A DNA stretch of 63,306 nucleotides, counting the filler, from Basidiobolus ranarum (Eukaryota): assembly GCA_040143965.1 (NCBI GenBank). It is 31 parts of 31 records of this genome, joined end to end, with 100 filler letters (N's around TTAATTAATTAA, not from the genome) between each part and the next. Parts side by side here need not be neighbours in the genome. Positions count along the whole stretch, not along the records: positions 1 to 1,955 come from JASJQH010010899.1; positions 2,056 to 4,009 come from JASJQH010010900.1; positions 4,110 to 6,062 come from JASJQH010010901.1; positions 6,163 to 8,115 come from JASJQH010010902.1; positions 8,216 to 10,166 come from JASJQH010010903.1; positions 10,267 to 12,216 come from JASJQH010010904.1; 25 more parts are not named here. One strand, given 5' to 3'. Below are positions 1-12,316 of the stretch, one piece after another. A program made the position numbers and the translations under genes. The notes under the pieces are model-generated. The model saw only the letters and a program-made list of their open reading frames with translations. It had not been told where the DNA came from and ran no database searches. How positions within the stretch are numbered: the stretch's first letter is position 1; the number at the start of each line of letters is the position of its first letter.

Positions 1-58
1 CTCTTGTCATTATTTCCAGTCCTTGTCCAGTTCCTTATTGTGACAGTTTGATCAGACT
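1..58 (+). mobile_element. 3' end of gypsy LTR family B (ends TGTGACA at 45) plus putative self-priming PBS (48-58)
   Basis: Same LTR end recurs at 6919-7109(-), 7377-7483, 31386-31540 and 34360-34492; here it is followed by gag. Confidence 0.8.
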
Positions 59-552
59 ACTTATACTTGCCTTTAGACTTCTCTCCATCCCTGTTCTCCA
101 ACCTTGAAACCTCCCAAGGTTCCCTCTTATTTCCCATCTTTCCCAAGCTTCCCTGCTAAGGCAAAGATACCTTTGACCTTTTGATAATTGCTCTAAGTGC
201 ATCCTTGTCAAGACACTACTGGTTAAGTTTACAGTTGTTTTTGATCAAAGAAGCTTTGGTACTTGATCAAGATCAAAGGACGTTGATACCAGCATATTCT
301 TTTGTCAAGGTGCCAATCATTTCTTCAACAGAAAGTTGGATGTTTTATTGCAATTATTGTTCCTAGAGAAACTTGTGGTTTTTAAAACTTCCCCCTCACA
401 ACATAGTAAGTATTATGTCTATGCCAGCCCCCACAATGGAAGATGTTATGTGAGCCCTTACTCAGCTTCAGCAACAAAATCAAGAACTTCACACTTCTAT
501 TGCTCAAGTACAGAATCCAGCTCCACCCAACTATACTGCAATTCCAAATCCT

Positions 553-958
553 GAACCCATAATCTCCTTACCAATTAAGTTTGATGGTACTCACCAAAAC
601 TATTGTGGTTTTATTAACCAAGTAGAGCTTATCATCCAGTTACAACCCCATTGCTACCCCTCTGACCAAACAAAAGTAAGCTTGTGGGAACACTCTTATC
701 AGGAACCACTCTGTCTTGGTTTGCTCCTTTAATGGAAAGTCAATCTCCACTTCTTTTAAACTTCCTTGCCATTCTTGCTGAGCAGAAGCCACATTTGGAA
801 ATGCAGATAAAGTAAGAAATATAGCCATTAATTAACTCACTCTTGGATCAGATTGCTTCATTTGGAATGCACATAAAGAAAGAACTTCAGCCACTAAGCT
901 CCGTGCACTTAAACAAGGGTCAAAACCTGCATCAACTTATGTTGCACAATTTTGCCTG
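553..958 (+). pseudogene. Ty3/gypsy gag (PEG10/Tf1-like capsid), degenerate
   Basis: Hand translation gives EPIISLPIKFDGTHQNYCGFINQVELIIQLQP...LSGTTLSWFAPLME, with frameshifts. Confidence 0.8.
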
Positions 959-1029
959 GTTCTCTAATGGTTTTGCAATTTAGAAGGGTGGATCCAATCT
1001 GGATCAAATTCATTTTAATTTTGTTAGGG
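959..1029 (+). mobile_element. CACTA-like element terminus A (TIR 1017-1029)
   Basis: Matches the subterminal sequence at 18690-18763 and ends ...TTTTGTTAGGG. Confidence 0.7.
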
Positions 1030-1955
1030 AACTCCCAATGTTGCCAATACTTATCAGGCTGAAATCTTTTCAACATTCCACTTGAATATATAAAAATCCA
1101 ATACTTGCAGTCTTTGCACTTGAATGAATGCCTAGATGAGTGGATATTGATCAGAGGCTAGGTAAAAGATGATGGTATCTTGACATTTTCAAATACTTTC
1201 CCAATCTAATCAAACTTTGATCCTATCTCAAAGTGCTCATTCATATTGAAGTTTCCATGAAATAGCTGAGTAAGTAGTATTGGAATGTTGTTGCATAGTA
1301 TGTGCATAGTACTTAATGGGAAGCTCTGGCTCCAACTGATCCCTTTAGCAATATAATCTTAGGCTTATGGCTAATGCCAAGTTTGATGTTAGACTGACTA
1401 TTTGATGAATTGATATCTGTGATCATGTTGAAATCTGACTGGGCTCTTGATGGTAAAATTATTGAGTATAGTATTGTATTTGGATAGTAGTAATGTGTAC
1501 GCCGGATAGTGTAAACTCCATTGATTTGACAAAATCCACAGCAAGATAGTGCATTGGCTCACAAAAACCTCCAAGCTCACTGATGGCAGGAGTTTCACCA
1601 ATACACACAATGATATTAGCTTTAAAAAAAAATTCACCCATCTGAGCCCCATTAGATTGCCTTTTAAATTCCACAGTCAAAGGCTCCAAAAAGCTATCTA
1701 TAAGACTGGTGATTTAGATCTAGATGTGATGGCTAGTATCAGAATATTGTGACTTTATGCCATTAAGAAGAAGGAAGATATAACTTAATTAAAATTATTG
1801 GCCAGCAAGCCTTTCCAATTGTTTATTTGTTTAGCAAGAAACCTTCCAAAGCCAATGCAACTGCATGATCATACTTGTTCTCAAAGAAACCTTGACTTTT
1901 CAGATTCTGGTAGTGATATCCATCAAGTATATTAGTAATACTATCAGCTTCATAG
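1030..1955 (-). pseudogene. CACTA/EnSpm (Tnp2/Transposase_21-type) transposase fragment
   Basis: Motifs LDGYHYQNLKSQGFF, ALALEGF..WPIILI, ANIIVCIGETPAISELGGF and MH-type/WKYW-type segments across shifted frames. Confidence 0.8.
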
Positions 1956-2055
1956 NNNNNNNNNNNNNNNNNNNNNNNNNNNNNNNNNNNNNNNNNNNNT
2001 TAATTAATTAANNNNNNNNNNNNNNNNNNNNNNNNNNNNNNNNNNNNNNNNNNNN
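1956..2055. other. Artificial contig linker N44-TTAATTAATTAA-N44 (first of 30; last at 61270-61369)
   Basis: Identical 100-nt spacer about every 2.04 kb with stops in all six frames; contig lengths fall monotonically from 1955 to 1937 nt. Confidence 0.98.
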
Positions 2056-2314
2056 AGGGGTAAGGTATTTTAAATATGTGAATATAACACCTAACTGTCA
2101 GTACTTCCTTTGAGACAGTCAAGTCCTTTTAGTCACACAATAGCTGGTACATTTCTCTAGTACTCTCTCTTGAGCATCCTCTTCCAAGGTTTTGTAAGCA
2201 ATGATGAGAATAAAGGTTGAGCACAAGTGGTAATATTTATTTAAGCCAAAGTAATTCTTATTGACAAGATATGGCTTCAATTTATAGTGTTCTGAAGATA
2301 CAATCAATTAATAG

Positions 2315-2581
2315 CGAGAATTTCCAGAAAGTTGCAGAGAGTTGCATTAATGGAGAAATGGGAATAACATATTACCAGAAATCATAAGATATTTAATCCA
2401 TGGAATGTTGAAGAATGTTATAAAATAATCCAGAGAGTCTTGTAATATTTTGGTAAAATCAAATTTTGATATGTCAAATTCAAATTGGACTACAAATACT
2501 TCAAGAATCTTATGGAAATTTCAAGAAGATTGTAGAGATTTTCAGAAGATAGTAGGGAACATGTGGATCTGCCCCACTACA
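2315..2581 (-). mobile_element. LTR fragment family I (starts TGTAGTGGGG)
   Basis: Homologous to 36879-37339; both end CCCCACTACA on the plus strand. Confidence 0.6.
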
Positions 2582-2859
2582 GCATACAATATTATAGGAT
2601 TGCCACATATATAGCAAAAATCTCTACATACATTCTCCCAATTGCACTTCAGTCAGAATGAATAAGAGATTTTGCAATTAAAACCATAACTAATAACAAG
2701 CTTAGTAATACTCTTTGCTCATGGGTTGATGAAGGTGTGATATTGATAATTCTACAAAAATATCTTGTTCATAAGTAGCTGAAAGAATATTAAAAGTTGT
2801 CATCTGATATTATACTTGCAGATCAAGAACAAGAGCTAATATATTTAATTGTTGAAAGT

Positions 2860-3336
2860 CATATCAATGCATAGAGGATTACAAATATTTGTACTTTGAT
2901 TGTAATCTCCTGAAGTGCAGCTTTTCAACCATGCAAGAATGATGAGATTTGAGTAATTAATGGTGGAGCTGCAACCATTTCTAAATTGCCCCCACTGAAA
3001 AAGAAACACTAGCATATATATGGAACAAAGGAGTTTAGGACCTCAAGATGTTTACATATTTTGTGATAACTCTGAACCAATCAACTGATTCCCCTCAAAA
3101 TTAGCACAAAGCTGCAGCAGTACATATGCTGATGTGCTCAAAGCGTTAAAGCCAAAGCTGTGATAATAGTAATCTTATTGGCATTTATCCTAAGTCCTCT
3201 ACTCACAGCACATATACAGAGTCACCAATTGAAAGTACCTAATCTTATCTATCTTTTCTATAAGCAACCCCTCCCCCTAGTGAAGAAGCTTCTAGCCTTA
3301 CCAGTAACCATTATGCATCACATCCTTTATTCTTTA
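2860..3336. repeat. Unclassified interspersed repeat
   Basis: Reverse-complement homology to about 33745-34200; CpG-poor; no recognisable domain. Confidence 0.55.
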
Positions 3337-3857
3337 CTCTAGCAGAAATTTAAGGATTGTAATTGTAGGAAAACCATCACAATTTTAATCCATTTGGGAT
3401 TGACTGTTTACTTACTGTCATAAAATGATCAAGTTAGATTTGATTTTAATCAATTTTTTCAGTTTCAAGAGTGGAATTTCAAGATCTTGCAAAATAGTTG
3501 TACATGATTGGCTACAGTCTCAGAGAACTATGGATCAACATAAGTGCAAAAAACATAACTCAAATTTTACACAATTACCACTTGAATTCTAATTTGTCAC
3601 CTTTGAAATCCCTGCTGTCTTCAATATATTCTCCTGAATATTTTTATAGAGTTCTTCATACCCAAGGTTTAGCTCATACCCAACATGAGCTTGTATCAAT
3701 ATCTCCATTAAAGCCCACCATTGTATTAATGTTACTGAATCAACATTCTTACAGCTATCTGGTGGATACCCTGCAATATTGTGCCACTCTGTATTAAGTT
3801 CTTCCCAGATATCTGCATAGTCAACACCAGACTGAATGTCAAGTTAAATGTTCTTCT
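3337..3857 (-). mobile_element. CACTA-like element terminus B with 3' end of an accessory ORF
   Basis: Homologous to 21095-21600 and 30917-31385; degenerate TIR CTCTAGCAGAAAT; minus frame LDIQSGVDYADIWEELNTEWHNIAGYPP...KVTN*. Confidence 0.7.
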
Positions 3858-4009
3858 TGTTGAAAGTCTGGTGACTTGTGGTACAAGCAGTAATTCCCAG
3901 AGGAAAATATGGAGTATGGTGACTGCATCTGAACACAAAGTCTAAGGCCAATCAGTTGCTTGTATAGCTGAAATGCCAAAGTACCATACATTGACAGACT
4001 AGGTTAAGG
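3858..4009 (+). mobile_element. 5' part of the tRNA-bearing TRIM LTR, inserted in the CACTA ORF (cut by contig end)
   Basis: Starts TGTTGAAAGTCTGGTGAC and closely matches the reverse complement of 42583-42736. Confidence 0.85.
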
Positions 4010-4109
4010 NNNNNNNNNNNNNNNNNNNNNNNNNNNNNNNNNNNNNNNNNNNNTTAATTAATTAANNNNNNNNNNNNNNNNNNNNNNNNNNNNNNNNNNN
4101 NNNNNNNNN

Positions 4110-4490
4110 TTTCAACTTCATAAGTTAATACATAAAAACCACCAATTTCTTTATTTCTCCCAACCACTTCTAACATGCTCCTATAATACTTTAACAACTA
4201 TAGTGATATGATAAAGTTTCCAAGTCTGTGAATATATGTTGTATTGAGCTTAACATAGCCAAAGCATCAATAAAGTCATATATAGCTTATTTCTTAGATA
4301 CTTTATATTTTACTAAGTTATCACTCACTATTCTCAAGAGGGATTTCCTCTGAAGTTTGAGGATATAAGTATTTTGAAAACTTGTCCTAAAGGCCCCAAA
4401 CTTTATACAGATGCTCACGGGACCTTTCTTAACACACTCTGCATGATTTTTATCTATTTCTTGCCAAAACTAAAAGTATCAACTTTCTAC
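4110..4490 (+). mobile_element. Copia LTR family C fragments
   Basis: Homology to the LTR-C copies at 42020-42366 and 62114-62460. Confidence 0.7.
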
Positions 4491-5212
4491 TTATTTACTC
4501 AGACACCAAGTAATCAACAATATATATACGTATCTTTATTGATGATCAATCTCACTTCACAGTTTCATATCTTTTGTCAAGTAAAGGAGAAGTGTTTCAA
4601 TGTTTCAAGATATATGAAGCAGTGGTCACAACCATAACAGAGAAAAAAAGCAAATACCTATGCGGTGATAATTGAACTGAATTTAGCAATGAAGCCATGA
4701 CTAGCTTTTGTCAAGAAAAGGGAATTTGGCAGCAGTTTACTATTTCATATAGTGCAGAACAAAATGGAGTTGCAGAAAGGATGAATAGGACTTCAGTAGA
4801 GAAAGCACATGCAATGCTGATTGATACAGATCCGCCTAAGACCTATTGGGGTGAAGGTATGTTAACAGCTACATATCTCCAAAATAGAAGTCCAACACAC
4901 AGCAACCATGACTCTAAAACTCCTATTGAAACCTGGACTGGAAACAAGCCTAATCTGATTCATCTCAGAATATTTGGATCAATAGTATATGCTCATATTC
5001 CTATACCACAGCATAGGAAATTGGACAAAAAGGCAATTAAATGTATCCTATTAGGATATCAGAACAAATGCTATCATCTCCTAATTGCTGGCACAAATCA
5101 AATCATCAACTCCAGAGATTCTATATTCATTGAAGAAAATCTAAAATCTGTTAATCAAGGGAATTTGATTTTGGTGAAAATCAATTTCTCAATAACTCAA
5201 ATTCCAAGTTAA
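4490..5212 (+). pseudogene. Ty1/copia integrase core, degenerate
   Basis: YSAEQNGVAERMNRT...W.G.KPNL.HLRIFG...RKLDKKA..CILLGY motifs. Confidence 0.9.
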
Positions 5213-5656
5213 CAAGTTCTGAAACTAACCTTGAGCTAATGAGTACTGAAACCAACTTGGAAAATGATATATTGGGAATAGATACTGGAATTAGGCTAAA
5301 TTTGGAATCTGAAACTATCTATCAACATTATCCAAATTTAGAAAACATCACATCTGGGACAAGGTCTAAAACATCCGCCACCAATGAATATATGGCAAAG
5401 CTCAAAATCTCTACCAATCACTGTGGTGAATATTCCTAGCATGAAACAAACAAGCAATAATCCTATCTCAAACTTCACTATGAGTACTGAAACCTAGGGG
5501 AACAAACTGCTATATGATATTCTGGAATCAAGCAGCTATACAAGTAGTGAAACATTAGGCAACACTGGAAATATACCAAGTTATACAAGAAAACTTGATA
5601 ATACTCTGAGGATACTGATAATTTGAAACCAGCTTCTAGAAATCAGCATATTATCT

Positions 5657-6036
5657 GTTGAAATTAACATTGCCTAAACATCTATATAGTCATTAAAATT
5701 AGCATTGCCTAAACACCTATATAGTCATATATAGCTTAGCACTTAGTTATCTTATAACTCACTAAGATATTATCAATTATTCTCAACCAGAATTACTTGG
5801 AATATTTTACCAACTCAGAAGTTCTCAGATATATTGATTTTTCAAACTTCTGCTAGAAGCCCCAAACTTTGCACACATGTTCCTGGGACCTTCCTTAACA
5901 CATTCTATGTATTAGTTTGTATACATCTTGACAAAACTATAAATGCCAACTTTCTACTCAATAAATCAATTTGTGAAAACCACCAATTCCTCTAATTCTC
6001 CAAACCACTTCCAAAAGGCTCCCAAATACTTTAACA
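5657..6036 (+). mobile_element. Copia LTR family C with duplicated 5' ~35 nt
   Basis: TGTTGAAATT...CTTTAACA termini; homology to the other LTR-C copies. Confidence 0.8.
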
Positions 6037-6162
6037 TTATCTCTACCAATGAAAGATATGGTNNNNNNNNNNNNNNNNNNNNNNNNNNNNNNNNNNNNNN
6101 NNNNNNTTAATTAATTAANNNNNNNNNNNNNNNNNNNNNNNNNNNNNNNNNNNNNNNNNNNN

Positions 6163-6918
6163 CAGAAAAGGCTAAATTAGCACTAGGCTCCTTTTGGCTA
6201 GTGTGAGAGTAGTAATCAGGTGGAGATCTCATCCAATTGGATCTCCTAAGATGGGAAATTGGCACTACAACTTCTGGTACCAATTTAGGCAATGAAACCA
6301 CCTCAGGCTTGGTTGAGGAGACTGCAGGTGAGGAATTTCTGATGTTTTTCTCACTCATTGGGATCTGGTGAGAGAAAGAAGAATTTTCATCAATTTTTGG
6401 TTGTTTTTCTTGATTCTGGATTGTTTTGATTGGAAGTTTTTCTTCTTCAGCAAATTCCATGTCCCTTGACTTGATTAGCCTCTTATTTTCAGTATCATAC
6501 AGTCTGTACCCTTTTGTTCCATCACAATATCCTAAAAAAAGACATTTTGGGCTTTTTCAGTCTAATTTTGATCTCTTCTAGTCTGGAATCATTGCATATG
6601 CAGTACTTCCAAAAACTCTGAGGTTAGCCACATCAGGTTTACTTCCAAACCAAGCTTGATAAGGTGTCATAGCCAATAGAGACCTAGAAGCACATCTACT
6701 CCTAATATATACCGCAGTTGCAACCAATTCAGCCCAGAACCTTTGGGTAAATCTTGATCATGAAGCATTGATCTTGCCTTTTCTATTACTAATCTATTTG
6801 CACATTCTGCTACTCCATTCTGCTGTGGGGAATATGACACTGTAGTCTGCTGTTTTATCCTATAGGTTGAGCAGAAGTTAGAGAAGAGTTTTGAGGTATA
6901 TTCCCCTCCATTATTAGT
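6163..6918 (-). pseudogene. Ty1/copia integrase fragment
   Basis: Minus frames give NGGEY...YSPQQNGVAE, FLGYCDGTKGYRLYD and LRRS-linker motifs. Confidence 0.85.
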
Positions 6919-7109
6919 GTCACACTAAGGAACTGGACAAGGACTGGAAACAACAACAAGAGGCTAGAAAGCAGGAGAGTACTTGGGTGTAGACCTCAAG
7001 ACAAGACAAGACAAGACTGGACAGGGAAGATACTTTGGCAAGATTCTTTATTGATAACTGGCATTGATCAGACTGAGGTCTGATAAAGGAATACATGGGG
7101 CTTATATAG
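6919..7109 (-). mobile_element. Gypsy LTR family B, TATA to 3' end
   Basis: Reverse complement of the LTR end at 1-45; TATA-like CTATATAA at 7102-7109. Confidence 0.8.
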
Positions 7110-7376
7110 CCCTAACAAAAATAAAATCGATTTGATCTGGATTAGATCCACCCTCCAAAATAGCAAAACTGTCAGAGAACCATCATAATATTGTTGGCTT
7201 GCATTCTGCCTGGGATTTTGATGGTGTGATGGTGGTTTCTTGATGGTATCTCAATGGTATTCATACATGTTAAAATATTGATCCTCAAATTTGGCATGCG
7301 TTCTTCAATATCCAGCAATTTTTGCAAAAATATAATTTTCAAATGGCAAATTACTGGGCTTACTGCTGTAGGAATT
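7110..7376 (-). mobile_element. CACTA-like terminus A (TIR CCCTAACAAAAAT 7110-7122)
   Basis: Same start and subterminal sequence as 13551 onward. Confidence 0.8.
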
Positions 7377-7483
7377 AGTATCTTGCTTGCCCAGTCTTGT
7401 CTTGTGGTCTACACCCAAGTACTCTCCTGCCTTCTAGCCTCTTGTCATTGTTCCCAGTTCTTGTCCAGTTCCTTATTGTGACA
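7377..7483 (+). mobile_element. Gypsy LTR family B 3' end
   Basis: Ends CCTTATTGTGACA; inverted relative to 6919-7035. Confidence 0.75.
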
Positions 7484-8115
7484 CATACCTTTTGGGCAAA
7501 ATCTGTTGCTAGAGCTGTATATCTGAAGAATAGGAGTTCTACTAGAAGTCTGTATAACTCTACACCATAGCAAGCTTGGTGTGGAGCTAAACCTGATGTA
7601 AAACATTTGAGGATTGTTGGATGCATTGCTTATGTCAAAATTATGCCCAAAAGTTGGTCTAAATTTGATCCAAAAAGCAAGAAATGCATATTTCTGGGTT
7701 AGTGAACTCAAACTAAGGGTTACAGACTCTTTGATACCCAAATTTCCAAGTTAATCAAGTCTGGGGATGTTTTGTTTAATGAAAAGTAAAAATGTTCACC
7801 TAAAATGACCTCAGATGATGATGAAAATCAATCTTCTCCTGATCCATTCATTCAAATTGATTTAAACCAAAACAATGAGGAAAAAGCATTCCTGTGGACC
7901 CTTCAACCAAAATTTTGCCTACTGAAGTGCCAACACAATGCCAGAAGTTGTAGTACCTTTATCCCAAACCAGTAGATCAAATTGGATCAGAAATAGCCCT
8001 GATTCCTATCTCAATGAGTTCCAAAATTGGGCCTATGCCTGCACAGCTCAAATACATGAATCCCCAACTGTATGGCCCTCACACAAAATTTTGGAGATCT
8101 GCAATGGCTTATGAG
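7484..8115 (+). pseudogene. Ty1/copia integrase C-terminus/linker
   Basis: Homologous to the reverse complement of 19560-20215; KPDVKHLRIVGCIAYV motif. Confidence 0.85.
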
Positions 8116-8215
8116 NNNNNNNNNNNNNNNNNNNNNNNNNNNNNNNNNNNNNNNNNNNNTTAATTAATTAANNNNNNNNNNNNNNNNNNNNNNNNNNNNN
8201 NNNNNNNNNNNNNNN

Positions 8216-10085
8216 TTATCCTCGCTTCATCCATCAAGAAGCAATCATCTTGCCTTCAAAATTCCTGGCAGAATGGAAGCCACCATCTCTATGATGATTC
8301 TCTGGCAGTTTTGCAATCCAAATGTATGGATCCAATCCCAATCAAATCAATTATATTATTATTAGGGGATTTGTATGTGTTCAAAAGTAAAAACCACCAA
8401 GTTGCTATACAGGTCATGACAAACAAAAATACCACAATATTGCATATAATAGAGCATTCTTATGCAACTATTCAATAGTCACAGAGTTGCTCCACTCTGT
8501 TACAGGACCTTCAGAATGCAATACATGAGCTACAGCAACATGCAGCTCCCTCATCCATTATCACATGGATTTCAATCAATCTCAACCATACATATGAGTG
8601 TCATAGTGCCAATCTAGGAGAGCAGAATATATATTGGACCATTAAGCCTACACAGTAAAAGAATAAAATCTTGTACAAAAACCAGCAAACCAAAAGATGC
8701 AGAATATCAGAGCTGCAGTCTCATACCCTGATAATGATTGGTTTTACATTTTGGAGACTGGGGGAATGTTGCCCAAAATCACCATGATTTGAGCCAATTG
8801 TGGAAAAACCAAAAACCAGGCATTACTCTGAAGGTTGTTGGCTTATTATATTAGACATATCTTGGGTTTTTGCAAGCAAATGGTAATTGGGCTAGTATAG
8901 GCCTATTAATGAAACATCTCAAAAATGTATACAATTAAGGACTTAGAAAAGAAAAAAAAGCATATATAAAAGTATATAAGGAGCACAAAGTTAGTAAACC
9001 CAAGGGAAAAGCAAAGAGCCAGTACATTTAGGCTCTACCATCCCACTTACAAAATTCTTCACACAATAACAAAAAGAAATCAATTTGATCTTGATTGGAT
9101 CCATACATCTGAATTGCCAAACTATCAGAAATCCATCACAATATTGATGGCTTTAAATCTGCCAGAGATATTGATAGTGACAGCTTCCTGACAGTATATT
9201 GACAGTATTCATGCATGGTAAAATATTGATGCTTATATTTTCCATGTGTCTTTTAATTTCCAACATTTTTTTGCAAAAACTAGTTTTGAATGGCAAATCA
9301 CTGGGTTTATGGCCACAGGATTTTGACTTAACATGAATGCCTTTATTCAGTTATTTTAGGCTTTGTATTCCAGCTATAATCAGAATTAAAAAAAAACAAG
9401 AATCTTGTTGTGTTTGGTACTACATCTGTACATACTTGACTGATTAGACATAACTGAAGAACATCAATATGCTTTACCAGCTAACTAATGTTGGAAATAT
9501 TGCTATACACCAGAAATCTTGAATAGCACTGTCACTTGGCAAATAACTGACTTTTGTTGCCATTCACAATGAGATTAAGCTCTTGGATTTTGGCAAGTTT
9601 TTGTAGTGAATTTAGCTAAAATATCTCCAACTTGCAGTCAACCAATATCCTGCCACAAGTAGATGTGTCATTACTTGAATACATTACCACATGGATAAAC
9701 ACTAATGCTGTGTATCTTGCTTTATCTCACCAAGAGGTCTCTCTTGCAGCATTCCTAGAAATACCATCAATTTTCACACAAACAAATTAGTCCCAATTAT
9801 AGAGGTATTACAAAGATCTGTATTTTCAGAGTCAGATATACTGACTAAATAGCTTAATTCTACCATAAAACCAGGTACACCAGTTGGAAGAGTATCAAAT
9901 TTGCAAGTTTATCAAAACCTGGCACCTCTCAACAAGTCAAACTTAAGCAACTAATACTCACAGCTTTCCAACCTCAATAGGTACTTTTCATATTGTTGAA
10001 ATTCACTCCAAACTCTAAGGCAAGCAAAAAGCCTCCCAAGCCCCACACAGACCCCTTGGTAGTGTCAAACTATAAGGATGTATAT
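8216..10085. mobile_element. Scrambled CACTA-like element pieces (terminus A twice, accessory ORF, transposase C-terminus)
   Basis: Blocks match 18640-18763, 35990-36670, 13551-14265 and 36680-36778 in alternating orientation. Confidence 0.75.
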
Positions 10086-10266
10086 AGATAGTCAAATTGC
10101 TTGATACGCATTTTCAAAAGTACACCGCAAAAAAACAGTGCACCTGTGCAGAGAGTAGCTACCGAANNNNNNNNNNNNNNNNNNNNNNNNNNNNNNNNNN
10201 NNNNNNNNNNTTAATTAATTAANNNNNNNNNNNNNNNNNNNNNNNNNNNNNNNNNNNNNNNNNNNN

Positions 10267-11734
10267 CATACTTGCAATGCCTTGTTCCCTTCATACTTAT
10301 GAAAATACTCCTCTAGCACTTTCACTATTTTATATGTCATTGTAGTGTGACACTACTGAGGGTGCTTTGTAGTGTTTGTGTGGCTTTTTGCTTGCCTTTA
10401 ACTTTGAGGCTAATTTTAACACTTGAAAAGTTCCAGTTGAGGTCAGAGAGCCATGAGTTTTATTTGCTGGTGTTTTGGCTTGTTGAGAGGTGCCAGGTGT
10501 TGGATAAACTTCCAAATTTAGCACTCTTACAACTGGTGTACCCAGTTGCATGGTGAAATTAAGCTTTTTTGCCAGTATATCTGACTCTGGAATTGCTGAT
10601 CTTTGTAATGGTGTGAAGAATTTGGTAAGTTGGACAGTAGATCCTTAACTAACTGGCTCCTTTGCTTTTCCCTTGGGTTTGCTAACTTCCTGCTCCCTCA
10701 GTACTTCTTTAGCTGCTTTACTTGCTTTTCCAAGTTGACAATTGCATACACTTTTGAGATGTTTCATGAATAGGCCTATACTAGTCCAATCGCCATTTGC
10801 TTGCAAAAACCCATGATAAGCCACATCAAATAAGTCAAGAACCTTCAGAGTAATGCCCAGTTATGGGTTTTTCCACAATAGACTCAAATCCAGGTGATTT
10901 TGGGCAAGATTCCGCACAGTTTCCAAAATGTTAAACCACTCATCATCAGAGCAAGTGATAGTAGCTCTGACATTCAGAGTCTTTTGGTTTGCCGGTTTTC
11001 CTATGAGATTTCTACTTTTGTGTGCCCAAGCAATTTTGGGTTGTTGTGTAGGCTTAATGGTCCAACACATATTCTGCTCTGCTAGATTGTCATGGTGACA
11101 TTCATATGTATGGTGTGGGATTGACTGAAATCCTGTATGAGAATGGACAGAGGGAGCAGCATGTTGCTGTAGCTCAAGTACAGCATTCTGAAGGTCTTGT
11201 ATCATTGTTGAGTGACTCTCTAACTGTTGACTAGTTGCTTCCAAACGCTGCATTAATTGCAATATTGTGGCATTATTGCTTGTCATGGCCTGTATAGCAA
11301 CTTCATAGTTTTTACTTATGATTGCATACAAATCATTATGGTGTTCTGCCTGCAATTCCCTTATTGTAATAATTCTATCCAAATTTTCTACAGAGGGTTG
11401 TTCAATAGTGGGCAAAGTAGGCATTTTGGAAGTTGATGGTCTTAATGATGTTTTGGTTGAACTTTGCTCAATAAATGATTTACTATATAATTGGGGGATT
11501 AAATCTCTACACTTGCACTATTGCTGGAAAAGAACAATCAGGTAAATTGATTAACGCTTCATCATTACTTGAGTTAGTTTCCGGTATGTTTATGCCTTAC
11601 AAAGTGGATAGTGGATTGCCAGACTGCTCATCAATTAAGTCCTCTGTTCTTGCTGGTTTTTTTCCTCTTGTGCCAGGAGGGTTTGGCTCGGAAGCCAATT
11701 TTGACTTAGATTTTGAACACTATTTGAATGGCAT
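10267..11734 (-). pseudogene. CACTA-like accessory ORF2 (coiled-coil, unknown function), degenerate
   Basis: Contains the 187-aa ORF 10861-11424; paralogues at 21600-22458(-), 35555-36778(+) and 8400-9060(+); ATG at 11734. Confidence 0.7.
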
Positions 11735-12029
11735 TAAAATTTTCAGATGATAAACTTGGTATAATGAAAATGCTTAGAAACAGCTTATAATAAACAAAAT
11801 TGCTATCCATTAGCAGAATTATCTTGTAAATCCCCTGATGACTCATCCATGACACTGTCTCAGAATTAGTTGATGATATTGATGGGCTATATCTAAAATA
11901 CCACACTTACGTGGGAGGTGTTCTTTTTTCCACAATTACCTTCTCATGCCACAACACAAACTTTTAAAGAAGCCCTGCTATTATTGTTGCAAATTCTTGT
12001 CTATGAAAGCGGGAGGCTTCATAGAAAAA

Positions 12030-12216
12030 ATGATCACAAGCATGCTCAATGTACAAAGCCACCAGCTGCACAAAGCCTGGTGTATAACAACAGTAATAGG
12101 TACACTAAATCAACTTTAGTTTTGCCCATTGACTCCACTGACTGTAGTTTGCCTCAAAGTTTTAGTAGCACTGCCAAAAGTCAAGATACTGTGGAGTTTC
12201 CACAGTTATATGACCA
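12030..12216 (+). pseudogene. Probable transposase N-terminus divergent from ORF2
   Basis: QSHQLHKAWCITTV...FCPL homologous to 34834-35246(-). The assignment to transposase is inferred from element polarity. Confidence 0.4.
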
Positions 12217-12316
12217 NNNNNNNNNNNNNNNNNNNNNNNNNNNNNNNNNNNNNNNNNNNNTTAATTAATTAANNNNNNNNNNNNNNNNNNNNNNNNNNNN
12301 NNNNNNNNNNNNNNNN

